Below are positions 27,672-36,591 of a stretch of 47,452 nt of DNA, one piece after another (the stretch's first letter is position 1; every line of letters starts with the position of its first letter). The stretch spans positions 1 to 47,452 of the forward strand of contig OMWF01000080.1 of the NCBI GenBank assembly GCA_900314665.1, read 5' to 3'. The position numbers and the translations under genes were made by a program. The stretch comes from an uncultured Actinomycetes bacterium (GTDB lineage: Bacteria; Actinomycetota; Coriobacteriia; Coriobacteriales; RUG033). Under the pieces are notes generated by a model. That model ran no database searches. It was given only the letters and a program-made list of their open reading frames with translations, and had not been told where the DNA came from.

Positions 27672-28988
27672 TTACAGGCGGCCGAATCCGTCAAAGCCGC
27701 CGTACGTGCGCACCGCGGTCTCGCGGACCACGGCTCCGGCGTGCGGGGCCTCGATCATGACGCCGCCGCCCACGTAGAGGGCCACGTGGCGCTCGCCGGC
27801 GCCGTAGCCGTAGAAGACGAGGTCCCCCGGCTTGGCTTGGGACATGTCGTAGAAATGCGAGCTGCACTCGTAGTACTGGGCGCTCGAGTTGTGAGGAAGG
27901 TCGACCCCCACCCGCGCGTACGCCCACATCACCAAGCCCGAGCAGTCAAAGGTGTCAGGGCCGGAGGCTCCGTACTCGTAGTCGCATCCGAGCCGGGACT
28001 CGGCGGCGTCGACCGCCGAGGCACAGGTGCCGGAGCCGAAGGACCCCGACCCGGCGCTGCCGCCCGTCTCCTCCGGCTCCTCAACCGTCGGCTCGGTCTG
28101 ATCGTGGGAGGAGGCCTCCTGGTCGGTGGCGTCGTGGCCGGTCGGCTCTGTCGCGGTCGTGGCGGGGGCGGTTGCCGTCGCGTCGGCGGCGCCGTCCCTG
28201 TCTGCATCCCCCACCGCCCCGGCCGCGGGGTTGGGCGTGACAGCCGCCACCACCTGGGCCTGGGCCAGCGCCTGCTGGGTCTCCTCACGCTCGGCAACCG
28301 CCTGTTTCACCTCGGGCGAGAGGTTGTCGTAGAACTCCTGCTGGGCCGTGAGCGCGGTCTGCACGGTGGTCTGCTGGGAGGCGAACCGCACCTCCAGGGA
28401 CGCGAGCGCCGCCTGCTGGGTCTGCAGGGCGGCCTTCTTTGCCTCCAGCTCCGACTGCGCGGACACGAAGCCGTCAAGGGCGTCTTGCTGCTGGGAGGTG
28501 ATGCGCTGGGCGTAAGACATGCCCGCAGCCAAGTCGTCGAGGCTGGTGGCCGAGACGAGCACGCCCATCAGGTTTGACACGCCGCCGGTGCTGGTGCGGT
28601 ACTGCGCGACCGCGGTCCTGTTGAGCTGCTCGGTGGCGGTCTGGACCTGCGCCGAGGCGGCCTCCAGGTCGGCCTGGGTCTGCGCCAGCTGGGTTGCGGT
28701 GGCGTCTTCCTGCGCCTTTATCTGGCTCAAGGTGACACCGGCCTCGTTGAGGTTGCCGGAGAGCTCGAGCAACATGGACTCGGCCTGGGCGGCGGCATCC
28801 TGCTGCGAGGCCGCCTGGTCATCTGGCGCCGGGTCTGCCGATGCGGCGTGCGGAAGCGACGCCAGCGCGAGCGGGGTGCTGACGGCGAGAATAAATGAGA
28901 ATGTCACAGCGGCGGTACGGGTGGCGCTAAAGAGGCGAGCGATTCGGGTGCCGGCGGTGTGGTTAGGGTGCGGTGTGTTCCCCAGCAC
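27672..28988 (-). CDS. Secreted coiled-coil NlpC/P60 endopeptidase, paralogue 2
   Basis: Same architecture as paralogue 1, with an acidic Thr/Pro/Asp-rich linker. YEYGASGPDTFDCSGLV, RHVALYVGGG. GTG start is preceded by AGAGGAGG. Confidence 0.9.
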   Translation of the reverse strand: MLGNTPHPNHTAGTRIARLFSATRTAAVTFSFILAVSTPLALASLPHAASADPAPDDQAASQQDAAAQAESMLLELSGNLNEAGVTLSQIKAQEDATATQLAQTQADLEAASAQVQTATEQLNRTAVAQYRTSTGGVSNLMGVLVSATSLDDLAAGMSYAQRITSQQQDALDGFVSAQSELEAKKAALQTQQAALASLEVRFASQQTTVQTALTAQQEFYDNLSPEVKQAVAEREETQQALAQAQVVAAVTPNPAAGAVGDADRDGAADATATAPATTATEPTGHDATDQEASSHDQTEPTVEEPEETGGSAGSGSFGSGTCASAVDAAESRLGCDYEYGASGPDTFDCSGLVMWAYARVGVDLPHNSSAQYYECSSHFYDMSQAKPGDLVFYGYGAGERHVALYVGGGVMIEAPHAGAVVRETAVRTYGGFDGFGRL

Positions 28989-29157
28989 GAGTCCTCCTCT
29001 GCTTGCAAGGACGTATGTCAGTGTGCGCAGCCGCTCGGACTAGCCGAGGGCAAGCTGCATGGACTAGAGGATAGCGCGCAGGCCGGAGGCTGTCCAACCA
29101 GGGGTGCGCGAGCGGTCCCGACCGAGCATGACGCGCTCGGACAGACCTCCTCCCTTG

Positions 29158-29193
29158 CAAAAGAAAGGGGGCCGGGCTCATCGCCCGGCCCCC
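29158..29193 (-). terminator. Strong intrinsic terminator after NlpC/P60 gene 3
   Basis: 11-bp stem GGGGGCCGGGC / GCCCGGCCCCC with loop TCATC. On the minus strand it is followed by TTTCTTTTG. Confidence 0.8.
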
Positions 29194-29223
29194 TTATGTC
29201 TGGAATCCGTGTTGCCGCTACCG

Positions 29224-30495
29224 CTAGAGACGGCCGAAGCCGGCGAAGCTGCTTCCCGTGCGTACCGAGGCGTAGCGCACGCTGGCGCCCGTGTACGGAG
29301 CCTCGATCATGGTGCCGCCGCCCACGTAGATGGCCACGTGCTGGCCGCCGCCCGACCCGTAGAACACCAGATCGCCCGGCTGGGCCTCATCCATGTCGTA
29401 GAAGTGGTAGGAGCAGCTCGAGTACTGAGATCCCGAATAGTGGTCGAGGGAGACGCCCACCTGGGCGTAGGCCCACATCACCAGGCCCGAGCAGTCAAAG
29501 GTGCTGGGGCCCTCGGCGCCCCACACGTAGGGGCAGCCGATGCGCGAGGCAGCGGCGTCCACGGCCGAGCTGTAGGTGCCCGAGGAGTAGCTGCCGCCGG
29601 CGTTGCCGCTCGAGGAGTGCGAGCTCGAAGAGGACGACGAGCTGGAGCTCGAGTGCGAGCTCGATCCCGATGAGGAGCTGGAGCTGCCGCCCGAGGACGA
29701 CGCCGACCCGCCACCGGTGCTCTCGCTCGTGGTGGAGGCGGCAGCGGCCGCCGCTGCTGCTGCCTGGGCAGCCGCCGCGTCCTCGGCCTCCTTCTGGGCC
29801 ATCAGGGTCTGCACCTCGGAGGACAGGCTGTTGTAGTAGCTCTGCTGCGCATCCATCGAGGCCTGGACCTGGGCCTGCTCGGCCTCGGCGTCGGCGGCCA
29901 GGCTGGCCAGCTCTGCCTGCTGGTTTTGCAGGTTGGTCTGCTGGGTCTCGAGCTCGGTGCGAGCGGACACGAAGGCGTCAAGCGAGCTCTGCTGCTGCGA
30001 CGAGACGCGCTGGGTGTAGGTGACCCCGGAGATGAGCTGGTCGATCGAGGTGGCAGAGGTCATGACGCTGAGCAGGGGCGAGACGTTCACGGCGCCGGTG
30101 CGGTACTGCTTGACCACCGTGCTGTTGAGGTCCTCAGTGGCGGTCTGCACCTGGGCCTGGGCGGTCTCGAGGTCTGCCTGGGTCTGAGCCATCTGGCTCT
30201 CTACCTCGGCTTGCTGGTTCTGGATGTTGTTGAGGTTGTTGCTGGCCTCATTGAGCTGGCCGGCCAGCTGCTGCAGCGTGGCCTCGGCCTCGGCAGCCTG
30301 CTGCTGCGCGGTGGCGAGCTGGTCTGCGGTGGAGGGGGCGGCCTGCGCCGCCTGAGGCTGGGACATGAATGCCAGCGGTGTGCTGATAGCGAGGATAAGC
30401 GAGAAGCTCACTGCAGCTACCTTGGCGGGCTGGCGGTACCTGAGCGCGCGCCGCTGGGCCCGATTCTGGGATGCTTCTTCTTCTCTCTTCTTCAC
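29224..30495 (-). CDS. Secreted coiled-coil NlpC/P60 endopeptidase, paralogue 3 (poly-Ser/His linker)
   Basis: Same architecture as paralogues 1 and 2. Linker SSSGGSSSSSSGSSSHSSSSSSSSSSSHSSSG. YVWGAEGPSTFDCSGLV, QHVAIYVGGG. GTG 30495 is preceded by GGAGG. Confidence 0.9.
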   Translation of the reverse strand: MKKREEEASQNRAQRRALRYRQPAKVAAVSFSLILAISTPLAFMSQPQAAQAAPSTADQLATAQQQAAEAEATLQQLAGQLNEASNNLNNIQNQQAEVESQMAQTQADLETAQAQVQTATEDLNSTVVKQYRTGAVNVSPLLSVMTSATSIDQLISGVTYTQRVSSQQQSSLDAFVSARTELETQQTNLQNQQAELASLAADAEAEQAQVQASMDAQQSYYNSLSSEVQTLMAQKEAEDAAAAQAAAAAAAAASTTSESTGGGSASSSGGSSSSSSGSSSHSSSSSSSSSSSHSSSGNAGGSYSSGTYSSAVDAAASRIGCPYVWGAEGPSTFDCSGLVMWAYAQVGVSLDHYSGSQYSSCSYHFYDMDEAQPGDLVFYGSGGGQHVAIYVGGGTMIEAPYTGASVRYASVRTGSSFAGFGRL

Positions 30496-30744
30496 AAACG
30501 CCTCCGTAAGATTGCCAATGGGACCGTTTGCCCGTCCGTACCATGCAGGGCAAACGACGCATCAGGCGTCTATTGCTCGCGCCGAATGCGTAAAACTTTC
30601 TACTACCCTACCCCAACAGACGCCCGTTGCCCATGATTTGCACACAATTCTCACAACCCGGCTTCATCATGCGCCGCCCTCAGCAGATGGACGGCATGGG
30701 CGGGACCGAGGGAGAGCAGACGATGCTTTGGGCACCCTCTTCAC

Positions 30745-30780
30745 AATAAGAAAGCCCCCGCAAGGCAGATCCGCGGAGGC
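30745..30780 (-). terminator. Probable intrinsic terminator after apt
   Basis: On minus-strand RNA: GCCUCCGC / GCGGGGGC 8-bp stem (one G-U pair), 11-nt loop, then UUUCUUAUUG. Confidence 0.55.
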
Positions 30781-30811
30781 TCCCTTGGCGTTTTCTTGTG
30801 GGTCGGAGCAG

Positions 30812-31357
30812 TTACTCCTCGCTGCCCTCGGTGACGTGGACCAGCGAGAAGACGTCGATGTCTCCCAGCTCCTGGCGCACCTTCCGCATCGGGTTGAGGT
30901 AGTCGAGAGAGAGCAGGAAGCCCATGCCCGCCACCGAGGCTCCGGTCTTCATGGCCAGTCGGGCCTCGGCCACCGCGGTGCCGCCAGTGGCGATCAAGTC
31001 GTCTACGAGCAGGATCTTATCGTCAGGTGTGGCTGAATCCATGTGGATCTCAAGGGAGTCGGTGCCATACTCGAGCTCATAGGACTCCGAATAGGTCTTC
31101 CACGGAAGCTTGCCCGGCTTGCGGCACGGGATGAAGCCGGCGCCCAGCTCGATGGCCACCGGCGCACCAAAGATGAAGCCGCGGGCCTCGGCGCCCATCA
31201 CCTTGGTGATTCCCTGGCCACGGAAGTGGTCGGCAAGGTCCTTGACCGACTGGCAGAGGGCATCGGGGTTGTTGATGACGGTGGTGATGTCCTTGAAGTC
31301 GATGCCCGGCTTGGGCCAGTCGTAGACGTCGCGGATGAGCTTCTCGTAATCCAACAC
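30812..31357 (-). CDS. apt: Adenine phosphoribosyltransferase
   Basis: WPKPGIDFKDIT, GAEARGFIFG, PRPP-binding motif ILLVDDLIATGGT. Confidence 0.95.
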   Translation of the reverse strand: MLDYEKLIRDVYDWPKPGIDFKDITTVINNPDALCQSVKDLADHFRGQGITKVMGAEARGFIFGAPVAIELGAGFIPCRKPGKLPWKTYSESYELEYGTDSLEIHMDSATPDDKILLVDDLIATGGTAVAEARLAMKTGASVAGMGFLLSLDYLNPMRKVRQELGDIDVFSLVHVTEGSEE

Positions 31358-31395
31358 TGTCTCCCTTGTCGTTGCGTGCTTTTCGGACGTGCGTG

Positions 31396-31875
31396 CTATT
31401 TGGTGGGATGCTCCTGGAACATCATCACAAAGGTGCCGATCTGGATGATGCTGCCATCGTGCAGAACCGCCTCGTCACAGACCTTGCCGTCGACCCAGGT
31501 GCCGTTGAGCGAACCCTTGTCGACGAGCATTGCCTGACCGGGGGCGAGGGTGATCTCCGCGTGATGGCGGGAGACGGTCATGTCGTTGAGGAAGATGTCG
31601 CAGTGGGGGTCTCGGCCCAGCGTGATGGTGGGGCGGTCAAGATAGAAGAGCTCGTCCGTCTGCGGACCCTTGACCACGCGCAGCGCCGGGTCGCTCACGC
31701 GCCCGGTCTGGACCGGCTCGCCCGTGATGGGGTGAAACTCCTGGGTGGGCTGCCCGGTTCCGTGAATCTGGAACTGCTGGGTGACGCCTGCCAGCTTGAA
31801 GCCGCAGCGTGGGCACTCGTGCGACCCGAGGGCGATGGGAGAACCGCAGATGGGGCAGGTAATGGGTTCAGCCAT
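31396..31875 (-). CDS. Zinc-ribbon plus FHA-domain protein
   Basis: CPICG...CPRCG ribbon at the N-terminus. FHA core: ITLGRDPHCDIFLNDMTVSRHHAEI...DKGSLNGTWVDG. Confidence 0.85.
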   Translation of the reverse strand: MAEPITCPICGSPIALGSHECPRCGFKLAGVTQQFQIHGTGQPTQEFHPITGEPVQTGRVSDPALRVVKGPQTDELFYLDRPTITLGRDPHCDIFLNDMTVSRHHAEITLAPGQAMLVDKGSLNGTWVDGKVCDEAVLHDGSIIQIGTFVMMFQEHPTK

Positions 31876-31929
31876 ACGTGAACCGCCTTTCTATGGTGGG
31901 GCGGCCGACTTGCTTGGCCGCCGGTTGCT

Positions 31930-32700
31930 TCATTGAAACAGATAGCTTGAGAGCGAGACCGAGGACAGCTCAAAACCGCGGTAGAAGCTCTCCACCTGGG
32001 CGTCGAGACCCGCCGCCCCAATGGCGACGAACAACGAGCGGTAGTAGTCGTCGGCCGGCGCGGCGAGGGCGGCGCCGGGGAGGAGCTTGCGGTAGAGCAG
32101 CAGCGACAGCAGGCTGTGGCTGGCAAGCGCCTCGGCCACCGCGTTGTCAAACTGGACGGCCCAATCGTAGGGCTGTGCCCCGTCGTTCCAGTTGACCTTG
32201 GCGGTGTTGCGGACAATGTTCCCCGTCACGATGATGAGCACGCCCTCATCGCGCAGCGGCTTCAGGTTCATGCCGCGCTCGAGGTCGTTGACGTAGGTCA
32301 TCTGGTCGTTGTAGGAAAGCTCGACCACTGGGATGTCGCCCTCTGGATACATGTGCAGGAGCGGGAGCCACGCGTTGCGGTCAAGTCCCCAGGACTTGTC
32401 GGGCTTGGCACCGGTGAGCTCGGATACCTGGCGAGCAAGCTCAGGGTCGCCTTTGGCGGGATACGTGAGCTTCATGACGTCTTCTGGGAACTCGTCGTAG
32501 TCACGGATGATCCGCGGCTGAGGCGACGACGTGACCGCTACACCGTCCTCGCTCGCCCAGCGCTGCGAGGTGACCAAGATGGCCTTAGGGCGGGGAAAGC
32601 GCGTGGTGACCTGCGCCAACGCCTCGGTGTACTCGTTGTCAGCGACACCGTTCAGGGGGGTGCCGTTGCCGATGAACAGGACGGGCATTCTCTCAGCCAT
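31930..32700 (-). CDS. LigB / 4,5-DOPA-dioxygenase (YgiD)-family protein lacking the family's conserved histidines
   Basis: Colinear with E. coli YgiD as I recall it (MPVLFIGNGTPLN..., RPKAILVTSQRW, GLDRNAW, PLRDEGVLIIVTGNIVRN). ATG 32700 is preceded by GGAAGGATGG. Confidence 0.75.
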   Translation of the reverse strand: MAERMPVLFIGNGTPLNGVADNEYTEALAQVTTRFPRPKAILVTSQRWASEDGVAVTSSPQPRIIRDYDEFPEDVMKLTYPAKGDPELARQVSELTGAKPDKSWGLDRNAWLPLLHMYPEGDIPVVELSYNDQMTYVNDLERGMNLKPLRDEGVLIIVTGNIVRNTAKVNWNDGAQPYDWAVQFDNAVAEALASHSLLSLLLYRKLLPGAALAAPADDYYRSLFVAIGAAGLDAQVESFYRGFELSSVSLSSYLFQ

Positions 32701-32861
32701 GTTCCATCCTTCCGCTCGAGTGCCTACAGCTCTCAATCGTACACCCATGTCGGGAGTTTATCGGCAGGTATCGGGAAACGACATGTCCACCCAAACAGGG
32801 ATGCCGAAGTCGTCATAGAGGTGTCTCCTGGTGTGTCCCCGGTGACACCCGGTGACGCACC

Positions 32862-34169
32862 CTAGCTGGTGGCGGGGGTGATTGTGATGGGGTCGAGCAG
32901 GCTTTGGCTTTCTGCCTGCGTCTGGCCCCCGAAGACGTGTGCCCAGCCCCGACGCAGAGCGATGGAGAAGGCCTCGTACCAGGCGGGGGCCTTGGCATCC
33001 TCCGCCGCCACGATGCTGGAAGTGGCAATCACGTGGTCGCCCTGCTTCCACTGCACGTTGCCGAGCACCTGCCCCTTCTTGACGTCGCCGGAAACATCCT
33101 TGATGTTCACCACCTGGTCGACGGCCCCATCGAAGTCGAAGACGGAGGCCTGCACGTCCTGCGGGATCTCGGCCGTCACCGTTCGGTCTATCCAATCAGT
33201 GAGCGCCACCTCGGCCGCATCGGTGCCGGCCGTTGCCAGGGTCATCTGCTTGTAATGCGCAAAGCCCCAGTTGAGCAGCGCTTGGGAGTCTGTGAAACGA
33301 TCTTTCTCGGTGGGGCAGCCGAGCACCACGCAGTAGAGCTCCAAGCCGTTTTGCACCGCCGCAGAGGCCAGGCAGTTGCCCGCTTTGGAGGTGTACCCGG
33401 TCTTGATGCCCTCGACCCCGTCGAGCATCCCGAAGAGCTCGTTGGTGGAGTCGAAGCTCACCTGCTGCTGGCCGTTGCTCACCGTGCACTTGGTCATCGC
33501 CACGATGGACCGGAAGGTCTCGTTACTCATCGCATAGCGACACATGAGCACCAGGTCGGAGGCGGTGCTGTGATGGTCGACGTTCTCGTCGAGTCCGCTG
33601 GGGGTGGCAAACTTGGTGCTGGTCATGCCCAGCTCCTGGGCTTTGGCATTCATCTGGGCCACAAAGGCGTCGCTCGAGCCGGACACCGCGTCGGCCAGCG
33701 CCACCGCGCAGTCGTTTCCGGAGTGCACGAGCAGGCCTTGGAGCAGGTCGTTGACGCTCACCTGGGTCCCCGCCACAAGCCCCACCTCGCTCTCGCCGGT
33801 GGCTGCTGCGTCCGCGCCGATGGTGACCATGGTCTGAGGGGTGAGGGACGAGTCCTCAAGTACCAGGATCGCGGTCATCACCTTGGTGATGGATGCCATG
33901 GCGGTCTGAGCGTCAGGCTGACGCGACCAGAGCACGTTGCCGTCGGCGTCTGTGAGGATGCCGTAGGTGCAGGTGACGTTGGGAACCTGCTTAATGGTGC
34001 AGCCGCGCTCGGTGGCGGTAAGGCTGCCGATGCGGTCCGTGCCGCTGGTGGTGGCCAGGGCCGCCTTGGGCAGGGCGCAGACGAGCATCAGGGCGACCAG
34101 AGCCAGCGCCGCCAGATTTCCCAGCAGACGGGCAGCGCGCGTTTGGATGGGACTTTGCGTCTCTTGCAT
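32862..34169 (-). CDS. D-alanyl-D-alanine carboxypeptidase (S11, PBP5/6-type)
   Basis: Signal/TM segment, then SITK (SxxK), SGN (SxN), KTGYT (KTG), and a C-terminal beta-domain. Confidence 0.88.
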   Translation of the reverse strand: MQETQSPIQTRAARLLGNLAALALVALMLVCALPKAALATTSGTDRIGSLTATERGCTIKQVPNVTCTYGILTDADGNVLWSRQPDAQTAMASITKVMTAILVLEDSSLTPQTMVTIGADAAATGESEVGLVAGTQVSVNDLLQGLLVHSGNDCAVALADAVSGSSDAFVAQMNAKAQELGMTSTKFATPSGLDENVDHHSTASDLVLMCRYAMSNETFRSIVAMTKCTVSNGQQQVSFDSTNELFGMLDGVEGIKTGYTSKAGNCLASAAVQNGLELYCVVLGCPTEKDRFTDSQALLNWGFAHYKQMTLATAGTDAAEVALTDWIDRTVTAEIPQDVQASVFDFDGAVDQVVNIKDVSGDVKKGQVLGNVQWKQGDHVIATSSIVAAEDAKAPAWYEAFSIALRRGWAHVFGGQTQAESQSLLDPITITPATS

Positions 34170-34205
34170 CGTATCCCCTCATCAAGAATCGGGAGGCTCG
34201 GTTGG

Positions 34206-36455
34206 TCAGGAGCCGGTGCCGACCGTGGTCACCTCGTTGACAGGCAGGTAGACGGACTCGAACTGGTCTACCTTGCGCACCGAGCCGTCCTCCTCGCATA
34301 TCGTGCGCGTGACCGTGATCTTGGATCCCTTGACGCCCCTGGTGGTCACTTCCTTGTAGGAGGAGGGCAAGGTGCCGTCCTTCACTGTGAGCCTCTTGAA
34401 GTCGTCTCCGACCTGCCACTCCCCCTTTTTGGTGGACACGGTGCGTCCGGTGCGGGTTCCCCAGAGCTGCACGGTAATCGAGTCATCGGTGGCGATGGCC
34501 GCCAGATATATGGCGCCATCGGTGTCGTTGGTGAACTTGAGGTCCATATCGGGCCAGGACACGGCCGCATCCAGACCGTCAGGGTAGTGCGAGATGTACA
34601 TCGTATGGTTGTTGCGCACCGGAATGGGCAGACCCGCTTGGTAGGCGGCGTTGAAGACGGTGGTGGCCACCTGGCAGATGCCCCCTCCCACCTCGTCCAC
34701 GACCTTGTTGTCTTTGATGGCGCCGGCCGCCATGAAGCCCCGGGCGGTGGTGCGCTCGCCGACGGTGCCGTTGAACGAGAAGGTCTCGCCGGGAGCGACC
34801 ACGGTGCCGTTGAGGTAGGCGGCCGCCTGGTGGATGTTGTTGATACGCTCCTCGCTCGACTCAAAGGTGGTCTGATACTCCGAGAGCTTGGCGTTGACGC
34901 CCAGCGAGCGCAGGTAGTCCGCCGTTATCTTGGGCGTCAGGGCGCTGGTGGAGAGCTGAATGCTCCGGGTGCCGCCCGTCCCGTAGAGCAGGTTCTCAAG
35001 CTGGCTCACCGCGGCGGCGAAGTCCGGTCCGGAGCCGTCCTTCGAGTTCTGGATCTGCACATCCCCGTCGGCGTCGAGCATGAAGCTGGCGTTGATGGGC
35101 GCCGTGCCGACCGACCCCACCACCGACTCCAGGCCGATCAGGGCGGCGTCGGCGTCCAGCTCGGGGACGAGCGTCTTGTCCAGGCCCTCGCCCTGCGGCT
35201 GGACCACGGTCCACTCCCCCAGCTCCTCGGCGGTGAGCTGCCAGGTGCCGTCCTGGTAGCTCAACGTGACCGGGTCGGCGATGGCAGCACGCACCTTGGC
35301 TGCGGCAGCCTCAGCCTCCTGCGGGGTCACGTCCTGGGGAATCGCGTTCGCATCGAGCATGAGGCTGCGCTCGTCCTGGTCGGCGAAGGCGGCTTCAAGC
35401 TTGTCCGAGAAGGCCTCCGGCGTGGTGCCGACACCCTCGTGGCCCTCAACGACGCTCACTTTGGAGCCATCGGTGACGACCTGGGCGTCAACCATGGGGG
35501 TGGCCGAGACCTCGGTCAGGGCGACAAGCAGCTCCGAGGCGCGCTCGTCGTCGACGGTAGCCAGGAGCGGCAGGTCGACGCCGCCTCCAAAGCGGGCGGA
35601 GAACCGTTCCGAAAGCCCTGAGGCGCCCCGGCCCACCTGGTATGCCCTGTCGGCCAGCCCATCGGCGTCGATGGCGGCGCCCACCGTGCGGGCGGGAATC
35701 GACCAGCTCGACCCGTCGGACCCGCTGAGGACGGCCTCCATCTGGGTCACCCCGGCATCGGACGAGGTGACCTCGCCGGGGGTGTCGTCGGTGACGGCGG
35801 CACGGTTTGCATAGACGGTGACGGGCTGTCCGCTGACGCGGCTGCCCAGCTGCTGCTCGACGGCTTGGGCGGCCTCGGCGCGCGTCATCCCGCCCACATC
35901 GAGCCCAGATATGCTCACGCCGCGGCAGATCTTGCCCGCTGAGGTGGCCAGGTCGACCACGCCCGCCAGCACGATGACCGCCACGACCGCCGCCAGGACC
36001 AGCCCTATGCGGCGAAGGAGTCCCTTGCGCGGCACTCGTCCCCTCGGCTGCGGCCGCGGGGACGTGCGCGGCCGTGGCGCCGGACTCGCGTGCAGGGCGG
36101 CAGTGGCGGGCCTTCTGGCGCGGCTCGGGGCGGAGCGGGTGACGGGCCTCTTGCCCTTTGCGCCTTGCTTGGCCGAGACGGGCCTGCCTGCGACCCGGCC
36201 TTTGGCGTGTCCGACTGCCCTGCGGTTGGGCGAGGCAGGCGACTTCTTGGCAACAGGACGCTTTTCCCCGGATGCCACGCGCCCATGGGAGGGACGTGGC
36301 TTTTGAGCAAACGCCGAGCGCGAGAGGACCTCGTCGAAGGCGAGCGGCATGCCGGGCTGCCAGCTTGCAGGCTGGACGGCCATGGAAGAGAACCCCAGCA
36401 AAGCATATGGTGCGTGGGGGCTGCCTCCCCACGTTGTCACTCGTCCCAGCCCCAT
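34206..36455 (-). CDS. VanW-domain protein with a long basic N-terminal tail and a single TM helix
   Basis: VanW core (PGETFSFNGTVGERT..GF..A..I....VDEVGGGICQVATTVFNAAY) and a G5-like C-terminus. ~150-aa Arg/Pro/Lys-rich N-terminus before TM IGLVLAAVVAVIVLAGVV. Start is uncertain: ATGs at 36455, 36383 and 36350, none with a strong SD. Confidence 0.82.
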   Translation of the reverse strand: MGLGRVTTWGGSPHAPYALLGFSSMAVQPASWQPGMPLAFDEVLSRSAFAQKPRPSHGRVASGEKRPVAKKSPASPNRRAVGHAKGRVAGRPVSAKQGAKGKRPVTRSAPSRARRPATAALHASPAPRPRTSPRPQPRGRVPRKGLLRRIGLVLAAVVAVIVLAGVVDLATSAGKICRGVSISGLDVGGMTRAEAAQAVEQQLGSRVSGQPVTVYANRAAVTDDTPGEVTSSDAGVTQMEAVLSGSDGSSWSIPARTVGAAIDADGLADRAYQVGRGASGLSERFSARFGGGVDLPLLATVDDERASELLVALTEVSATPMVDAQVVTDGSKVSVVEGHEGVGTTPEAFSDKLEAAFADQDERSLMLDANAIPQDVTPQEAEAAAAKVRAAIADPVTLSYQDGTWQLTAEELGEWTVVQPQGEGLDKTLVPELDADAALIGLESVVGSVGTAPINASFMLDADGDVQIQNSKDGSGPDFAAAVSQLENLLYGTGGTRSIQLSTSALTPKITADYLRSLGVNAKLSEYQTTFESSEERINNIHQAAAYLNGTVVAPGETFSFNGTVGERTTARGFMAAGAIKDNKVVDEVGGGICQVATTVFNAAYQAGLPIPVRNNHTMYISHYPDGLDAAVSWPDMDLKFTNDTDGAIYLAAIATDDSITVQLWGTRTGRTVSTKKGEWQVGDDFKRLTVKDGTLPSSYKEVTTRGVKGSKITVTRTICEEDGSVRKVDQFESVYLPVNEVTTVGTGS

Positions 36456-36470
36456 AGCAATCCCTGCCCG

Positions 36471-36502
36471 ATAAAAGCAACTACGCCCCGAGAGGGGGCG
36501 TA
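36471..36502 (-). terminator. Intrinsic terminator after the hydrogenase operon
   Basis: 9-bp stem CTACGCCCC / GGGGCGTAG with loop GAGA. On the minus strand it is followed by TTGCTTTTAT. Confidence 0.7.
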
Positions 36503-36591
36503 GCCGTACAACCTGTTGTCTCCAGAGCGGATTCTAGCAACCGGCGAGCATAATCTGCGTTTCGCCTGCTCGGCTATAGGGCAAATGGCAT

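Noticed and set aside
29590-29720. Nucleotide-level repeats (GAGCTCGA/GGAGCTGGAGCT units), considered as a possible repeat element or CRISPR-like array.
   Set aside because: They are simply the antisense of the poly-Ser/His linker codons inside NlpC/P60 paralogue 3. There is no spacer-repeat periodicity.
28989-30742. c-di-AMP (ydaO-type) riboswitch in the leaders of the NlpC/P60 genes, as is common for actinobacterial wall hydrolases.
   Set aside because: I could not find the conserved GGGGTGAATC or CCGACAGCTAACCTCGTAAGCG-like elements on the coding strand. The only resemblance was the GGAGG Shine-Dalgarno. A covariance-model scan would be needed to be certain.
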